A DNA stretch of 64,000 nucleotides from an uncultured Methanomassiliicoccales archaeon (GCA_963695345.1 OY968769.1:1248001-1312000); one strand, 5' to 3'. Numbered from the stretch's first letter, positions 29,921 to 41,047 are shown. The notes: generated from the sequence alone by a model not told the origin. A program made the numbers and translations.

Positions 29921-30562
29921 TCACTGGCATCCCGGTCCGATGCGCTCGTAGGTGAGAAGAACGCCTTCACCCAGCCTTTCCACCGATCGCAGTTCGAGAT
30001 GGACCTTATCCCCTTCCGTGAATCCCTCTCCGTCGACCGGGCTGGGTGCGGTCCTTCCACCGAGGATGTCATTGCCGATGTATACCGAATAGACATCGAC
30101 CACATCCAACCGGAAAAAGGACCAGATGGTCTCGCCGCCCCCCTCTACCATAAGGGTACTAACGCCCATATCATGCAACATGGGAAGCAGCATGTTCAGG
30201 TCCACCCTCTCTTTGCCTGCCCGCAGGACCTGGGCGTTATCCCAGTTCTTGGTGCATCCCTCGTTCGTGACGATCAGGGTTCGGCTGCCTCCATTCAGAA
30301 CCTTCGCACCCTCTGGCGTCCTTCCGTGAGAATCAAGAACTATCCGGAGGGGGTTCTTCTCCGGCGGAAGTCCCTTGACCGTCAGGTGGGGATCGTCCGC
30401 CAGTATGGTCCCTATACCTACCAGTATGGCATCGACCGAGGCCCTTAACGACCTTACCCGATCCATGTCCTGGGGTGAGGATATCCTGAGCTGCCTATGT
30501 TCCCTGGTGGCGATTTTGCCATCCGGGGACATGGCGCAATTCACAGTGATTCTGGGCCTCAT
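29921..30562 (-). CDS. 2,5-diamino-6-ribosylamino-4(3H)-pyrimidinone 5'-phosphate reductase (RibD C-terminal family)
   Basis: AMSPDGKIA, DAILVGIGTILADDP, LMVEGGG. Confidence 0.93.
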   Translation of the reverse strand: MRPRITVNCAMSPDGKIATREHRQLRISSPQDMDRVRSLRASVDAILVGIGTILADDPHLTVKGLPPEKNPLRIVLDSHGRTPEGAKVLNGGSRTLIVTNEGCTKNWDNAQVLRAGKERVDLNMLLPMLHDMGVSTLMVEGGGETIWSFFRLDVVDVYSVYIGNDILGGRTAPSPVDGEGFTEGDKVHLELRSVERLGEGVLLTYERIGPGCQ

Positions 30563-30649
30563 CGCCAGAAAATCGTTACCGAGGCATTTAAGCTTGTGGT
30601 CACGGCAATGGCCAGTGCAGATAGTGCGACGACTTGCTTCCGGCCCATG

Positions 30650-30856
30650 TCAATAGCTTAATACCAGCCGGCGGCATTCAGCGCATCGGAAGCCCGCCAT
30701 CTTGACATATCCCAGCCAATCGGGGTTGGCAATGATATGTTTATTTGCCCTCCGGTAAGGCTGACCGATCCATTTAGCCCCTCCGAAGAAGCTATCCGTC
30801 CTCACCATACCAGGTTCCATCTCCTTTCCGCAAATGGGACATATCATTCCCCTCAC
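30650..30856 (-). CDS. Small zinc-ribbon protein
   Basis: CPICGKEMEPG...FRCAECRRLVLSY. Confidence 0.75.
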   Translation of the reverse strand: MRGMICPICGKEMEPGMVRTDSFFGGAKWIGQPYRRANKHIIANPDWLGYVKMAGFRCAECRRLVLSY

Positions 30857-30963
30857 TTCCCATCAACAAAGTGACCTTCAACTCGATATTCTTTTCTCTG
30901 ACTGTTGCGCAGTGAACCGGTCGGTGCCAAAAGAAAAATAACCCCTTCGGCGTTATTCGCCCG

Positions 30964-31758
30964 ATGAATGATTTCGACGTAGTCGAGCTGAGGAGGAACA
31001 ACTGCAAGGGAGCATACGTCATAGAAGGCTTCTCCAGCATCGGGCTCGTCGGTTCGATCACCGCCAATTACCTTGTGACCCTTCTTGATCTGGAACAGAT
31101 CGCCATAATCGATTCCCCTTTCCTCCCATCGGTCTCCATAGTCCGGGAGGGCATACCCTATAGCCCGGTCCGCATCTATTCCGGTCCCATCGGTCAGGGA
31201 AGTCAAGATAAGATAGTGGTCATCGTCTCTGAGTTCGAACCTCCGCAGGACATACTGAAGCCCCTGGCCCAGACCATCATGGACTGGGTTGAGGACAAGC
31301 GCTGCAAGATGGTCCTCTCCCCTGAGGGCCTGGCCAACAAGGCTGGGGAGACCAGCGTGGAATTGCCCGAGGTAGAGATTAAAAAGAAGGAAGGTGACGA
31401 TGTCACGGTATACGGCGTGGGGTCGACGCCTTTTGCCCGGGAATTGCTTCTTCGCAACGACATACCGATCTTCGAGAACGGTGTCGTCGTCGGGCTCGCC
31501 GGCGTCCTGCTGAACGAGGGTGTGAACCGAAACTTCGATGTCGTGTCGATCCTATCGGAGGCCCATTCCGACTATCCAGACGCCAGAGCCGCGGCTGCGG
31601 CTACGCACACCATCGACAAGCTGATCCTGCATAGCGGTCTGGACACCCAACCCCTGCTCGAGGAGGCGGCGGTGCTGGAGCAGGCGCTGAAGGAGATCAA
31701 CAAGAAGACCGGGGAGTCGGAAGAGCTGGCCAAGAAGCGTTCCATCATGTACGGTTAG
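30964..31758 (+). CDS. PAC2-family proteasome assembly chaperone
   Basis: EGFSSIGLVGSI..YL, PVRIY, G.AGVLL, YPDARAAA, LLEEA..LE, C-terminal MYG. Confidence 0.9.
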   Translation: MNDFDVVELRRNNCKGAYVIEGFSSIGLVGSITANYLVTLLDLEQIAIIDSPFLPSVSIVREGIPYSPVRIYSGPIGQGSQDKIVVIVSEFEPPQDILKPLAQTIMDWVEDKRCKMVLSPEGLANKAGETSVELPEVEIKKKEGDDVTVYGVGSTPFARELLLRNDIPIFENGVVVGLAGVLLNEGVNRNFDVVSILSEAHSDYPDARAAAAATHTIDKLILHSGLDTQPLLEEAAVLEQALKEINKKTGESEELAKKRSIMYG

Positions 31759-32773
31759 GCCTGACCGACACCCGATGCAGGTTCCCTTCAAGCGTGGCCT
31801 CGATATCCGCATCCAGGAACTTCTTGATTATCTCAACCTGCGTCCAGAAATGCAGGGAGAGCTCGTCCGCCAAGAATGTGGAAGGCCCGGCGGCCAACGA
31901 AAGGTACGGAACGATCTGATCGGCGGCATGACGGTCCAGGGTCGCGCCAGAATCGATCTCGCGCAGGAGGGAGGTCGCGGCAAGCTCCCCTAGCTTTTCC
32001 GAGCTTATCCCCTTGTCGCCCAGGGCATCACTGGCCAGGACGGTGTTCTCATACTCAGCGGCGAGGAGGATACCGGCGCCGATCGAGTGGCCCTGTCTTC
32101 TGTCCAGGGCCAACTTGACCGGGGAATGACCCACCAGTGCCTTCCTTGCCGTGGAGGACATGCGCTCCGCGATATGATCGGGCAGCTTCTGGGTGAAGCA
32201 GGTTCCGGATATCTGGCGGAATCTCCCCCGCTCCTTCAGGTCCAAAGGCAGGATGCGTTCCCCCATGGCCATTCCCACGACCATCTCTCCCCCGCCCTGG
32301 GGATAGAAACCTCTGGCGGGGGTCTTGACATCGATATCATAGCCCAGGCCGCGCAGCAGTGGGAAAAAGACCTGCTCCAGATAGTCGGACGGTGGGGACA
32401 TCCGCACATTGGTCCCTCCGATAACGTCGAACTCGGTCCTCGCCCTGGTCCGGGCACATGCCAACATGCACGCCTGCAGAACCAACGTGATACTGCCCGC
32501 GGTGCCCACGTCGAATCGGTAATCGCCCGCCTCCACCGTGCCCGGTTCGAACGTCAGCGACGTGGACCCGGCGCTTGCCCCATCCACCTTGGCGTTGCAT
32601 ATCTCCGCCACCCCCCTGACCCCGGTGAGATGTTGCGGCGCGAGCCCTGGCCTGTCTCTCCTGGCCCGTATGTTCTCGAACCTGAATGAGCGCTTGGTCA
32701 ACGCCGACAGCGCCAGCGCCGTCCGGAGCATCTGGCCGCCCCCTTCCCCTTCCGAACCGTCAATCTCTATCAT
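31745..32773 (-). CDS. rtcA: RNA 3'-terminal phosphate cyclase
   Basis: IDGSEGEGGGQMLR, RPGLAPQH, TAGSITL, RGFYPQGGG, DRHAADQ. Confidence 0.95.
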   Translation of the reverse strand: MIEIDGSEGEGGGQMLRTALALSALTKRSFRFENIRARRDRPGLAPQHLTGVRGVAEICNAKVDGASAGSTSLTFEPGTVEAGDYRFDVGTAGSITLVLQACMLACARTRARTEFDVIGGTNVRMSPPSDYLEQVFFPLLRGLGYDIDVKTPARGFYPQGGGEMVVGMAMGERILPLDLKERGRFRQISGTCFTQKLPDHIAERMSSTARKALVGHSPVKLALDRRQGHSIGAGILLAAEYENTVLASDALGDKGISSEKLGELAATSLLREIDSGATLDRHAADQIVPYLSLAAGPSTFLADELSLHFWTQVEIIKKFLDADIEATLEGNLHRVSVRPNRT

Positions 32774-35526
32774 TACATCACCAGAGAGCCCTTTCGCCGA
32801 GACACCACCTTCCATATCTCGTTTGCCACCAACGGCGTCAGGGCCATCGGGGCCAATATGGCCCATTCTTCCCACCCCAGCGGCGTGATGCGAAGCATGC
32901 TGTTCAGTCCGGGAAGATAGACAATGACGATCTGGAGCCCGAATGAGATCAATACCGCGAGGATGAGCTTCTTGTTATCCAGTATCCCGGTCTGCATAAT
33001 TGTCCTTGTCGGTGATCGGGCGGAAAAGACATAAAACAGCTGTGCCAGGACGAGGGTGCAGAACGCCACCGTGCGTGCCCTCTGGACCGCCTCTGCGTGG
33101 GAGATGCCCAGGACCATGGTGGCGTCCAGGTACTCTAATTCAAAGGAGATGAGCGCCGCCGCTGCCATAACGGCACCTATCGCAAATATCCGGTAAGCGG
33201 CGCGACGTGTTATGGGCGGCTCCTTTGGGTCGATCGGAGGTCGTTCCATGACATCCTTGGGGGTCGGATCCACCCCCAGGGCGAGGGCCGGAAGACCGTC
33301 GGTGACCAGGTTCATCCATAGGATCTGGAACGGTAATAGGAACGGCAGCATCAAGGGGTCCAGGTAGATCAGGCTGGCGGCGAACATGGCGATGACCTCG
33401 GCGCTGTTGCAGGTCAGCAGGAAGTTCACGAACTTCCGGATATTCCCATAGACCCCTCGGCCCTCCTCGACCGCGTCGACTATCGAGGCGAAATTGTCGT
33501 CCACTAGTATCATCTGGGCGGATTCCTTGGCGACATCCGTTCCGGTGATCCCCATGGCGATGCCGATGTCGGCCTTCTTCAGGGCAGGAGCGTCGTTCAC
33601 GCCGTCCCCGGTCATGGCCACGACCTCGCCGTTCTTCTGGAGCGCCTCTACTATGCGCACCTTATGCTCCGGCGATACCCTGGCGAAGACGGATGCGTCG
33701 TGCACCCTCTCCGAGAGCTCCGCGTCGCCCATTACCTCCAATTCCGTTCCGGTGACCACAACGGCCTCATCGCAACTTCGCAAGCACATGTCCTTGGCGA
33801 TGGATGCGGCCGTTAGCGCATGGTCCCCGGTGATCATGATGACCTTGATGCCAGCCGTACGGCAGCGGGCCAATGCATCCACCGCCTCCTTCCTCGGGGC
33901 ATCGATCATGCCGACCAGGCCGATGAACGTGAAATCATGCTCGATCTCTTCGTTCAAGGGGATGTCCGTAACATCCCGACGGGCCAACGCCAGTATCCGG
34001 AGCGCACGCGATGCCATTTCGTCGGTGTGCTCAGCGAAGTTCGCCCTTGCCTTATGGTCCAAAATAATGGCAGAGCCATTCTCCATGATCCTGGAGCATA
34101 GCGGGATGACGCTTTCAGCGGCGCCTTTCATGTAAGCGATCCGCCGTCCGCCGATATCGTGTACCGTGGTCATCCGTTTCCGGTCCGAGTCGAACTGCAC
34201 CTCGAAGATGCGTGGATTGGCGGTCCTGACCGCGTCCGGTTCAAGTCCCGCCTTCTTGGCGGTAACGATCAAAGTGCCCTCGGTCGGGTCGCCCCTGATC
34301 TTCCAACGGTCGCCCTCCCTGAAGAGCTGGGAATCGTTGCACAGCGCTCCCGCGATCAAAAGCTCGAGGAGGTGGGGGTCTCCATCGGGCTGAATTTTCT
34401 CACCCGAGGACGAAAAAACGCCTACCGGCGCATATCCATCTCCAGAAACCTCGATCTCTTTCCCGGCGAACATCTCCGTGACGTTCATCTCTCCTTTGGT
34501 CAATGTGCCGGTCTTGTCCGTGCATATTACCGTGGTGCTTCCCAGCGACTCGACCGCCGGCAGGCGGCGCATCAGCGCCTGCTTCTTTGCCATGCGCTGC
34601 AGGCCCAGGGCCAGCGAGATGGTCACGATGGCCGGGAGACCTTCAGGGATAGCCGCCACTGCGAGGCTGACCGCGGTCAGGAACATCTCCTCGATAGCGA
34701 CCCCCTGCAGTATTCCGATGACGAAGATGAATACGCAGGCTCCGACGATCCCGACCCCTATCTGTTTTCCCATACGCTCCAATTTCTTCTGCAGAGGGCT
34801 TTCCTCATCCTCTCCCTGGACCATGCGGGCGATCCTTCCCAGCTCGGTCCCCATGCCGGTGGATACAACCACCGCCCTCCCCCGGCCGCTCAAAACGGTG
34901 CTCCCCGCCAGAACGATATTGACACGGTCGGAGACCAGCGTGGTCTCCGGAAGGATCGAGTTCTGGTCCTTGCTCACGGGAAGGGACTCTCCGGTGAGGG
35001 CTGCCTCGTTGGTCTTCAGATTAACAGAATCTACGAGGCGCGCATCGGCGCCTATCTTGTCTCCGGTCGCGAGCTGAATGAAGTCCCCAGGGACCAGATC
35101 CTCGGAAGGAACATCGACCTCTTTCCCTTCCCTTATGACGTTCGCGTGGGGCGATGCCAGGTCACGCAGGGCTTCGATGGTCTTCTCCGCCTGGTAGGTC
35201 TGGAAAAAACCGAGGACAGCATTCACTGACACGATGACTATTATGACGATCGTGTCGAGCCAGTCTTCGACCGAGCCATTCAGGAATGCAAGCAGGCCGG
35301 AGATCATCGCAGCCACTATCAGGACGAGGACCATCAGGTCCTTGAACTGATCCAGCAGTATGCGCCACGGTGAAATCGTACGTTGTTTCACCAATTTGTT
35401 CGGTCCAAACTCGATCAGGCGTTTGGCCGCCTCCTCGTTTGATAGACCGGCGTGAGAAGTGCCCAGACTAGACATGGCATCTTCCGCGCTCTTGGAGTGG
35501 TAATCGCCGCTCAAATCATCAGCCAC
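32773..35526 (-). CDS. Cation-transporting P-type ATPase (type IIA, Ca2+-like)
   Basis: LTGES, AIPEGLP, DKTGTLT, KGAAE, MTGDGVNDAPALK, NLVTDGLPA. Confidence 0.96.
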   Translation of the reverse strand: MADDLSGDYHSKSAEDAMSSLGTSHAGLSNEEAAKRLIEFGPNKLVKQRTISPWRILLDQFKDLMVLVLIVAAMISGLLAFLNGSVEDWLDTIVIIVIVSVNAVLGFFQTYQAEKTIEALRDLASPHANVIREGKEVDVPSEDLVPGDFIQLATGDKIGADARLVDSVNLKTNEAALTGESLPVSKDQNSILPETTLVSDRVNIVLAGSTVLSGRGRAVVVSTGMGTELGRIARMVQGEDEESPLQKKLERMGKQIGVGIVGACVFIFVIGILQGVAIEEMFLTAVSLAVAAIPEGLPAIVTISLALGLQRMAKKQALMRRLPAVESLGSTTVICTDKTGTLTKGEMNVTEMFAGKEIEVSGDGYAPVGVFSSSGEKIQPDGDPHLLELLIAGALCNDSQLFREGDRWKIRGDPTEGTLIVTAKKAGLEPDAVRTANPRIFEVQFDSDRKRMTTVHDIGGRRIAYMKGAAESVIPLCSRIMENGSAIILDHKARANFAEHTDEMASRALRILALARRDVTDIPLNEEIEHDFTFIGLVGMIDAPRKEAVDALARCRTAGIKVIMITGDHALTAASIAKDMCLRSCDEAVVVTGTELEVMGDAELSERVHDASVFARVSPEHKVRIVEALQKNGEVVAMTGDGVNDAPALKKADIGIAMGITGTDVAKESAQMILVDDNFASIVDAVEEGRGVYGNIRKFVNFLLTCNSAEVIAMFAASLIYLDPLMLPFLLPFQILWMNLVTDGLPALALGVDPTPKDVMERPPIDPKEPPITRRAAYRIFAIGAVMAAAALISFELEYLDATMVLGISHAEAVQRARTVAFCTLVLAQLFYVFSARSPTRTIMQTGILDNKKLILAVLISFGLQIVIVYLPGLNSMLRITPLGWEEWAILAPMALTPLVANEIWKVVSRRKGSLVM

Positions 35527-35836
35527 CGAAATGATTGTATCCGAACATGGATGATAATTTCGGTGAAATCCGAGGCAGAAGATACAGAGAATCATCGGAT
35601 GCGTGGCTCATCAGCTCATTGTCACTAACCGCCATAAGCTGGCGCAATAATCTTTTATATCTTTCAGTCCATTGAGATGGATAGGGATGCACTAGCCTGT
35701 ACTCTGAAGGAGTTATAGGTATATCTTAGAATCAGAAATGCTGACGGGCGATGCTCTGGACAATTGCGAATCGGCATTTGACCATCGGAGCATCAGCACC
35801 CTCGTTCTATGCTCGCATCTCTGGGCTGAGAGATAG

Positions 35837-37744
35837 ATGGTCGAAACAATGGAGATAATGTTCGAGGTGGGCATGATCATGCTCGTCTCCTTCATCGGCG
35901 CCGCTCTGGCCGCCAAGGCCAAACAGAGCGTTATCATAGGCTACATCATAGCCGGCGTTCTAATCGGCCCATTCATTCATTTCGACGTCTTCGGATTCCA
36001 ATACGACGGTCTGATGAAAGACGCGAGCTTCATCTCGTATCTTTCCACTCTTGGGTTGACATTGCTGATGTTCTTTGTTGGACTGGAGTTCAGCGTCAGC
36101 AAGCTGAAGAAAACGAAATCATCGGCCTTTCTCCTGGCGCTTATCAACACCGGGGTGGATTTCTTCCTTGGCATACTCATAGGCCTTGCCCTGGGCTGGC
36201 CCATCGTGGACACGATATTCCTGGCCGGCGTCATCGCCATGGGTTCCGCGGCCATTACCGGGCATTCGCTCATGGAACTGCAGAAGATGTCCAATCCGGA
36301 GACCGAGTTCCTTCTGGGTATGGTCGTGGTGGAGGACTTCCTCTCGATGATCCTGATGACCATTGCCGGTGGGCTGCTCTTCAAGAGCGGAGACAGCAAC
36401 CCGTTGACCCTGACCACGATGGTCATTGGCGTCCTGGCCTTCTATTCCTTTTTCATATTCCTGGCGCTGGTGGTCATCCCCAGATGCGCCAGGTACTTCG
36501 AAAGGATAAAGAGCGACGAGATGTTCGTTCTTTTCGCCCTCGGTCTGGTATTCCTTTCCTCGGCGATGGCCGAGGTCTCCGGTGTTCCAGCCATCATCGG
36601 GGCTTTTTTCTTGGGCATGGTATTCGCCGAGACCAAGATATCGGACCGGTTGAAGGACCGGATCAGTCCGTTCAAGGACGCATTGGTCGCCGTGTTCTTC
36701 ATATCGTTCGGTATGCTCATCGATCCAGGGATGTTCCCGACGGTCATCTGGATAGTGATAATAGCGGTTCCCTTGGTGATCCTGGGGGATCTGTTGGTCA
36801 CCGGTGCCTTGGCCTACTTCCTGGGGTTCTCCGGCAGGTCAGCCACGTTCATGGGGGCGTCGATGTGCGGAAGGGGTGCGGAATCGGTCATGTTCGCCTC
36901 GGTCGGGTCAGGCGCCGCCGGTTTGACCAGGGCTTCACAGCTCAACCCGTTCGCCGGGACGTTCTGTTTTGCCATGAGCATCCTTACGCCTGTGATGATG
37001 AAGGCCAGCGATTCGATCTACAGAGGCCTCCGGCGAGCCGTCCCAGGCTATGCCAAGTACAGCTCCTCATTGATGAACAGAACGATGAGCAAGGTGATCC
37101 TTCCATCCTCCCTGAAGCTTTTCCACCGGGGTAGAAAAATCGAGATCCTGCTGGCGGCCTACTTCATTGCCCTTGTCGGAATAATGGTCTCCGGTAACGA
37201 ACTAGCGCTCCTGATGTTCATTGTCGCTCTCGCCGTCTCGGGTTATGTCTACTATGTCATGGAGACGGAACTCCGTTCCATCATCAAGACCATCAGCTAT
37301 GACAATCTCGGGGTCAGGACCAGGGATCCGAAGCTGATCTCCAGCTTCATCAGCCTGTTCATATGCGGAAGCCTTCTGATGATCGCCTCCACCGCTTTCG
37401 TATTCAGACTGGAATGGTACTTGTGCTTGGTCATCTTCCTGGCGTACTTCTTGGGATCCCTGGGTCTGATGAGGAGGACGCACAGGCTTACCACCGATTC
37501 AATAACACTATCCCGGATCGAGCAACAGAAAGTGGAGAGGGAAGGGTTCCATTCCCAGAAGGCGGCCAAGAAGGAACACCCGGCAATGACCAGAGACCTC
37601 AGCTCCATCGAGGTGCCTCTGCCCAGGTTCGATGACGATATGAACTGGGATCCGCCAACCAAACCAGTGGAAAGGCACTCGGTCCGTCCCGACGAGGCAC
37701 AGAGGCGGGACGATCCGGACGACAGCAAATGGAGAAGGCTCTAA
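35837..37744 (+). CDS. CPA2-family cation:proton antiporter with C-terminal membrane extension
   Basis: LMFFVGLEFS, VVEDFL, GAFFLG, FFISFG, RGAES. Confidence 0.9.
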   Translation: MVETMEIMFEVGMIMLVSFIGAALAAKAKQSVIIGYIIAGVLIGPFIHFDVFGFQYDGLMKDASFISYLSTLGLTLLMFFVGLEFSVSKLKKTKSSAFLLALINTGVDFFLGILIGLALGWPIVDTIFLAGVIAMGSAAITGHSLMELQKMSNPETEFLLGMVVVEDFLSMILMTIAGGLLFKSGDSNPLTLTTMVIGVLAFYSFFIFLALVVIPRCARYFERIKSDEMFVLFALGLVFLSSAMAEVSGVPAIIGAFFLGMVFAETKISDRLKDRISPFKDALVAVFFISFGMLIDPGMFPTVIWIVIIAVPLVILGDLLVTGALAYFLGFSGRSATFMGASMCGRGAESVMFASVGSGAAGLTRASQLNPFAGTFCFAMSILTPVMMKASDSIYRGLRRAVPGYAKYSSSLMNRTMSKVILPSSLKLFHRGRKIEILLAAYFIALVGIMVSGNELALLMFIVALAVSGYVYYVMETELRSIIKTISYDNLGVRTRDPKLISSFISLFICGSLLMIASTAFVFRLEWYLCLVIFLAYFLGSLGLMRRTHRLTTDSITLSRIEQQKVEREGFHSQKAAKKEHPAMTRDLSSIEVPLPRFDDDMNWDPPTKPVERHSVRPDEAQRRDDPDDSKWRRL

Positions 37745-37813
37745 ACAGTGTCCGGCCTAGTTTATATCACCGCGAGGACCATCGTTCCCAATGACCCAAT
37801 GCACGGTGTTCTG

Positions 37814-38433
37814 ATGCGCATAGGGATCATTGCTTGCGATATCTGGAGGCGCGAGATAGATGCGGTGGTCGGCGACGATCCCAGCATAGTCCACAAGGAA
37901 TACCTGGAATTCGCGCTTCATATCGATTCGGCCAAGCTCAAGGCCACGGTCATCGAGAGGGTCAACTCTCTCGAGGGCAAGGTTGATGCGGTTTTCCTCG
38001 GGTACGCCACCTGTCAGTCGTTAAAAGGGGTCAAGGATGAGCTGAAAGTGCCGACGGTCATGTTGGATGCCGACGATGACATCGGGGCGCTGTTGACCCC
38101 GCAGCGGTACGCAACAGAGAAGCGGATGGTCACAGGAACATGGTTCAACACCTCCGGTTGGGCGGAAATGGGGTTGGAAGGGTGATAAGGGAGCTCCACC
38201 TTGATTCCACAATCGAATAGGGCTATGAGCCGTTGTACTTCGTGAAGATCCTCTTCGCCGGTTGCTCTAGATGCCTGTACATCGACACCGGGGTGGGGGA
38301 GAAGGAACATTTTCAGGGTCTTTCAGAGGAATTCTCCAACCAGCTGGGCCTTCGCCATGAGTGCACAAGTTGCACTTTGGAGGCTCTCGTCAAGGCTTGG
38401 GAGGAAACCAAGGCGATCGCATCAAGGCACTAG
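37814..38433 (+). CDS. DUF1638-domain protein, frameshift at ~38180
   Basis: IIACDI, LEFALH, VFLGYATC, DDIGALL, TWFNTSGW; continues after the G-run as VIRELHLD...YIDTG. Confidence 0.8.
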
Positions 38434-38484
38434 TGCGAAGGGCCCTGTACTGATCACCTCGATAATGTATTTCAACGAGGGTCT

Positions 38485-39954
38485 TTACTCCTTGGGAATG
38501 TCCTCTGCCGCTATGTCACAATCCATATCTCCCTTCTTCGGGCGAAGGACGATCGCACACAGAAGGCCGACCAGGGAAAGGACAGCCCCCACGATCCAAG
38601 TGGTCACGTATCCATCCTCTGTATAGAATGGACGGCCCATGATGATCTGGGTATAGTTCGACAGAATCACGACAGCCAGGACTGGCCCCACCGCACCGCC
38701 CACCACTCGAAACAGGGTGTTCATTCCAGACGCGACACCGAACTCGCTCTGCTTGCAGGTGACCACGACGAGGTTGATCATCGACACCATGCACAGCGCC
38801 ATTCCCGCTCCCGCGATGAAGATCGAGATCACGATCCCTACCCAGTCGGTGTGCATGAGGACCAGGGTGACAAATCCGAGGGACATTATCCCCAGGCCGG
38901 CGATCAATACCTTGTCTGCCCCTACCTTCTTCGAAAGGACGCCGCCCATCGGGCCGAAGATAAGTTGAGCGATCGCTGACGGGAACATGTAGAGCCCGAT
39001 AACGAAGGTATCAGATATTCCAAAGAAACCCCCGGCCGCCTTGGGCGTCTCCAGGAAGAATGGCAGCGTCTGGAACATAAGGAACATGCAGAAGCCGATG
39101 AAGATGGCCGTAACGCTAGCATCGAGGACCCCGCGGTTCTTGAACATGGAGAGACGGACTATGGGGTCAATGGTCTTCAGCTCCAGCTTGGTGAATGTGG
39201 CGAGCATGACCAAGGCGAGCACGAACAGACCCAGGACCAGCGGGCTGGTCCAACCCCATTCCTGTCCTTGGGTGAGGCCAAGCAGCAGCGAGAACACCCC
39301 GATCCCCATTGTCGTCGCCCCTGCCATGTCCAAGGACCCTCTCTTCACCACGATCGGGTCCTTGATCAGGAATACCGTGAGAATCGCCAGGGCGAAGAAG
39401 AAAGGGACCACGACGTGGAATGCATCATACCAGTGGCCGACCGAGGTTATGTATCCCCCACCGAGCAGACCGAGGGATATTCCCACCGAGAACATGGCGC
39501 TGACCGTCCCAATGGCGGTCGGTATCTTGTCCTTGGGGAAGGTGTCCCTTATTATCCCGAAGGCCAACGGGAACATGCCCATCCCTATGCCTTGAATGCC
39601 CCTGAAGAAGATCAGAACGAAGATCGAAGTCTCTCCGAACAGGGCCTTGGATATGTCCAGCGAGAACCCGCTGCCGATCAGTCCGACGATATAGATGCAC
39701 ATGACCCACAGCATGACCTTTTTCTTGCCATACATGTCACCGAGACGGCCAGCCAGGGGAGTGGCCACGGCGCCGATCAGCAGGTAGATGGATAGAACCC
39801 AGGATATCCATTGAAAGTTGTTGAAGTCCGCGCCTATGTACGGAAGGGCCGGCACGAGCATGATCTCGATGAACATCACCATCATCGCGACCGATGCCAA
39901 TATCACGAGGATCTTCCAATTACCGTCGGATTTTTCTGGTTCCTGAGGGCTCAT
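38485..39954 (-). CDS. MFS transporter (14-TM, DHA2-like)
   Basis: GRLGDMYGKK motif A, RGIQGIG, about 14 TM segments. Confidence 0.92.
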   Translation of the reverse strand: MSPQEPEKSDGNWKILVILASVAMMVMFIEIMLVPALPYIGADFNNFQWISWVLSIYLLIGAVATPLAGRLGDMYGKKKVMLWVMCIYIVGLIGSGFSLDISKALFGETSIFVLIFFRGIQGIGMGMFPLAFGIIRDTFPKDKIPTAIGTVSAMFSVGISLGLLGGGYITSVGHWYDAFHVVVPFFFALAILTVFLIKDPIVVKRGSLDMAGATTMGIGVFSLLLGLTQGQEWGWTSPLVLGLFVLALVMLATFTKLELKTIDPIVRLSMFKNRGVLDASVTAIFIGFCMFLMFQTLPFFLETPKAAGGFFGISDTFVIGLYMFPSAIAQLIFGPMGGVLSKKVGADKVLIAGLGIMSLGFVTLVLMHTDWVGIVISIFIAGAGMALCMVSMINLVVVTCKQSEFGVASGMNTLFRVVGGAVGPVLAVVILSNYTQIIMGRPFYTEDGYVTTWIVGAVLSLVGLLCAIVLRPKKGDMDCDIAAEDIPKE

Positions 39955-40127
39955 CAAACTCACCCGATGGATCAATCAAGGGGCAATTCAGACCCTTGCC
40001 GATTTCATCTCCGAACGCGCCTGAGCTATATAATTCGAACGAAAATAATTGTGTCCTTCATAGTCTGGAACAAGACATGGTCATGGTTCGTTGAGGTTGC
40101 TGATCGTTGAGTAACTTCCTATTTCGC

Positions 40128-40421
40128 CTAAATATCGAGGCCGAAACCATTGACGAAGGCCTCCATGCGCTGGAACTCGGACAGGAAATGTTTGCCCTTA
40201 TCGGTTATCTCGTAGACCGTCTTCTCTCTTTCCTCAGACCGCTTCAGCAAGCCGCCCTCCTCCAGGTTTTGCAGGTACTTGGTCAATCGGTCGTGGGACA
40301 GGTTGGATTTGTAAAGGATGTGGGTGGTTATCGCCTTCTCCTCATCTTGGACCGCTTTGAGGATATCGGCGAAGATGCGGCCCTTCGATCGGTATTTTGC
40401 CTTTTCCAGCTCGTCCTTCAA
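40128..40421 (-). CDS. Winged-helix transcriptional regulator (archaeal COG3432-like)
   Basis: YRSKGRIFADIL, THILYKSNLS, YEITDKG. Confidence 0.88.
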   Translation of the reverse strand: MKDELEKAKYRSKGRIFADILKAVQDEEKAITTHILYKSNLSHDRLTKYLQNLEEGGLLKRSEEREKTVYEITDKGKHFLSEFQRMEAFVNGFGLDI

Positions 40422-41047
40422 GCTATCCTCCCCAGCCTATAAAGGAAGACCGCCATCAGGGCGAAACCGAACATCTGCAGTCCTCTGGCCAATAGGTACA
40501 ATGAGTAGTCGTTAGAGCCGGATTCCAATAGGATCAGGATATGCGAGATCAGCACCAATATGAAGCTGAGGGTGACCAAACCGTGGCTCCTCCAGCTCCT
40601 TCCTTTCTCTGGCCACAGCTGAGCGGATATGATGAATCCGAGGAGAAGGATGATTATCAGTTCCAGCGGCGGAGAGTTGAACAGCACCAACGGGCCCATC
40701 GGAGCCGCGGCGAACCAACCCAGCTTTCGCCAGTATGTGTAGGTCAGGACAACGTAGGCCGCGATGCTGAGTCCATAGTAAAGTGCAAAACCACTCTGCG
40801 TCAGTGCACCCAATCCCACCGCCTGGTCGAAGGTCAGATGCTGGATCTCGGCATAGGACATCACCACCCCGCTGATGATGAACGCAATGGCCAAGAACAG
40901 AAAGGCCACGAAGATCCGATATAGGCTGCTTTCCTGGACCCACCGATAGCCCCTCCGGGCGTATAGTGCCACCGCTAACGCGATGATACCGGTGGCCAAC
41001 TGTATTGTTGCATCCAAAGGCATGAACCAGCGAGGTGGAGGTAACAT
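40418..41047 (-). CDS. 7-TM membrane protein, possible sensor, coupled to the wHTH gene
   Basis: Seven hydrophobic segments; stop overlaps the wHTH TTG start (TTGA). Confidence 0.75.
   Translation of the reverse strand: MLPPPRWFMPLDATIQLATGIIALAVALYARRGYRWVQESSLYRIFVAFLFLAIAFIISGVVMSYAEIQHLTFDQAVGLGALTQSGFALYYGLSIAAYVVLTYTYWRKLGWFAAAPMGPLVLFNSPPLELIIILLLGFIISAQLWPEKGRSWRSHGLVTLSFILVLISHILILLESGSNDYSLYLLARGLQMFGFALMAVFLYRLGRIA

Noticed and set aside
34159-35229. Long antisense ORFs (e.g. 34159..35229, 48727..49956, 28412..29278, 6004..6750)
   Set aside because: Shadow frames of well-supported genes in GC-rich DNA, with no motifs.
38183-38185. In-frame TGA in the DUF1638 gene as selenocysteine
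   Set aside because: The downstream coding sequence is in a different frame; one missing G in the GGG run restores ...EGVIRELHLD.
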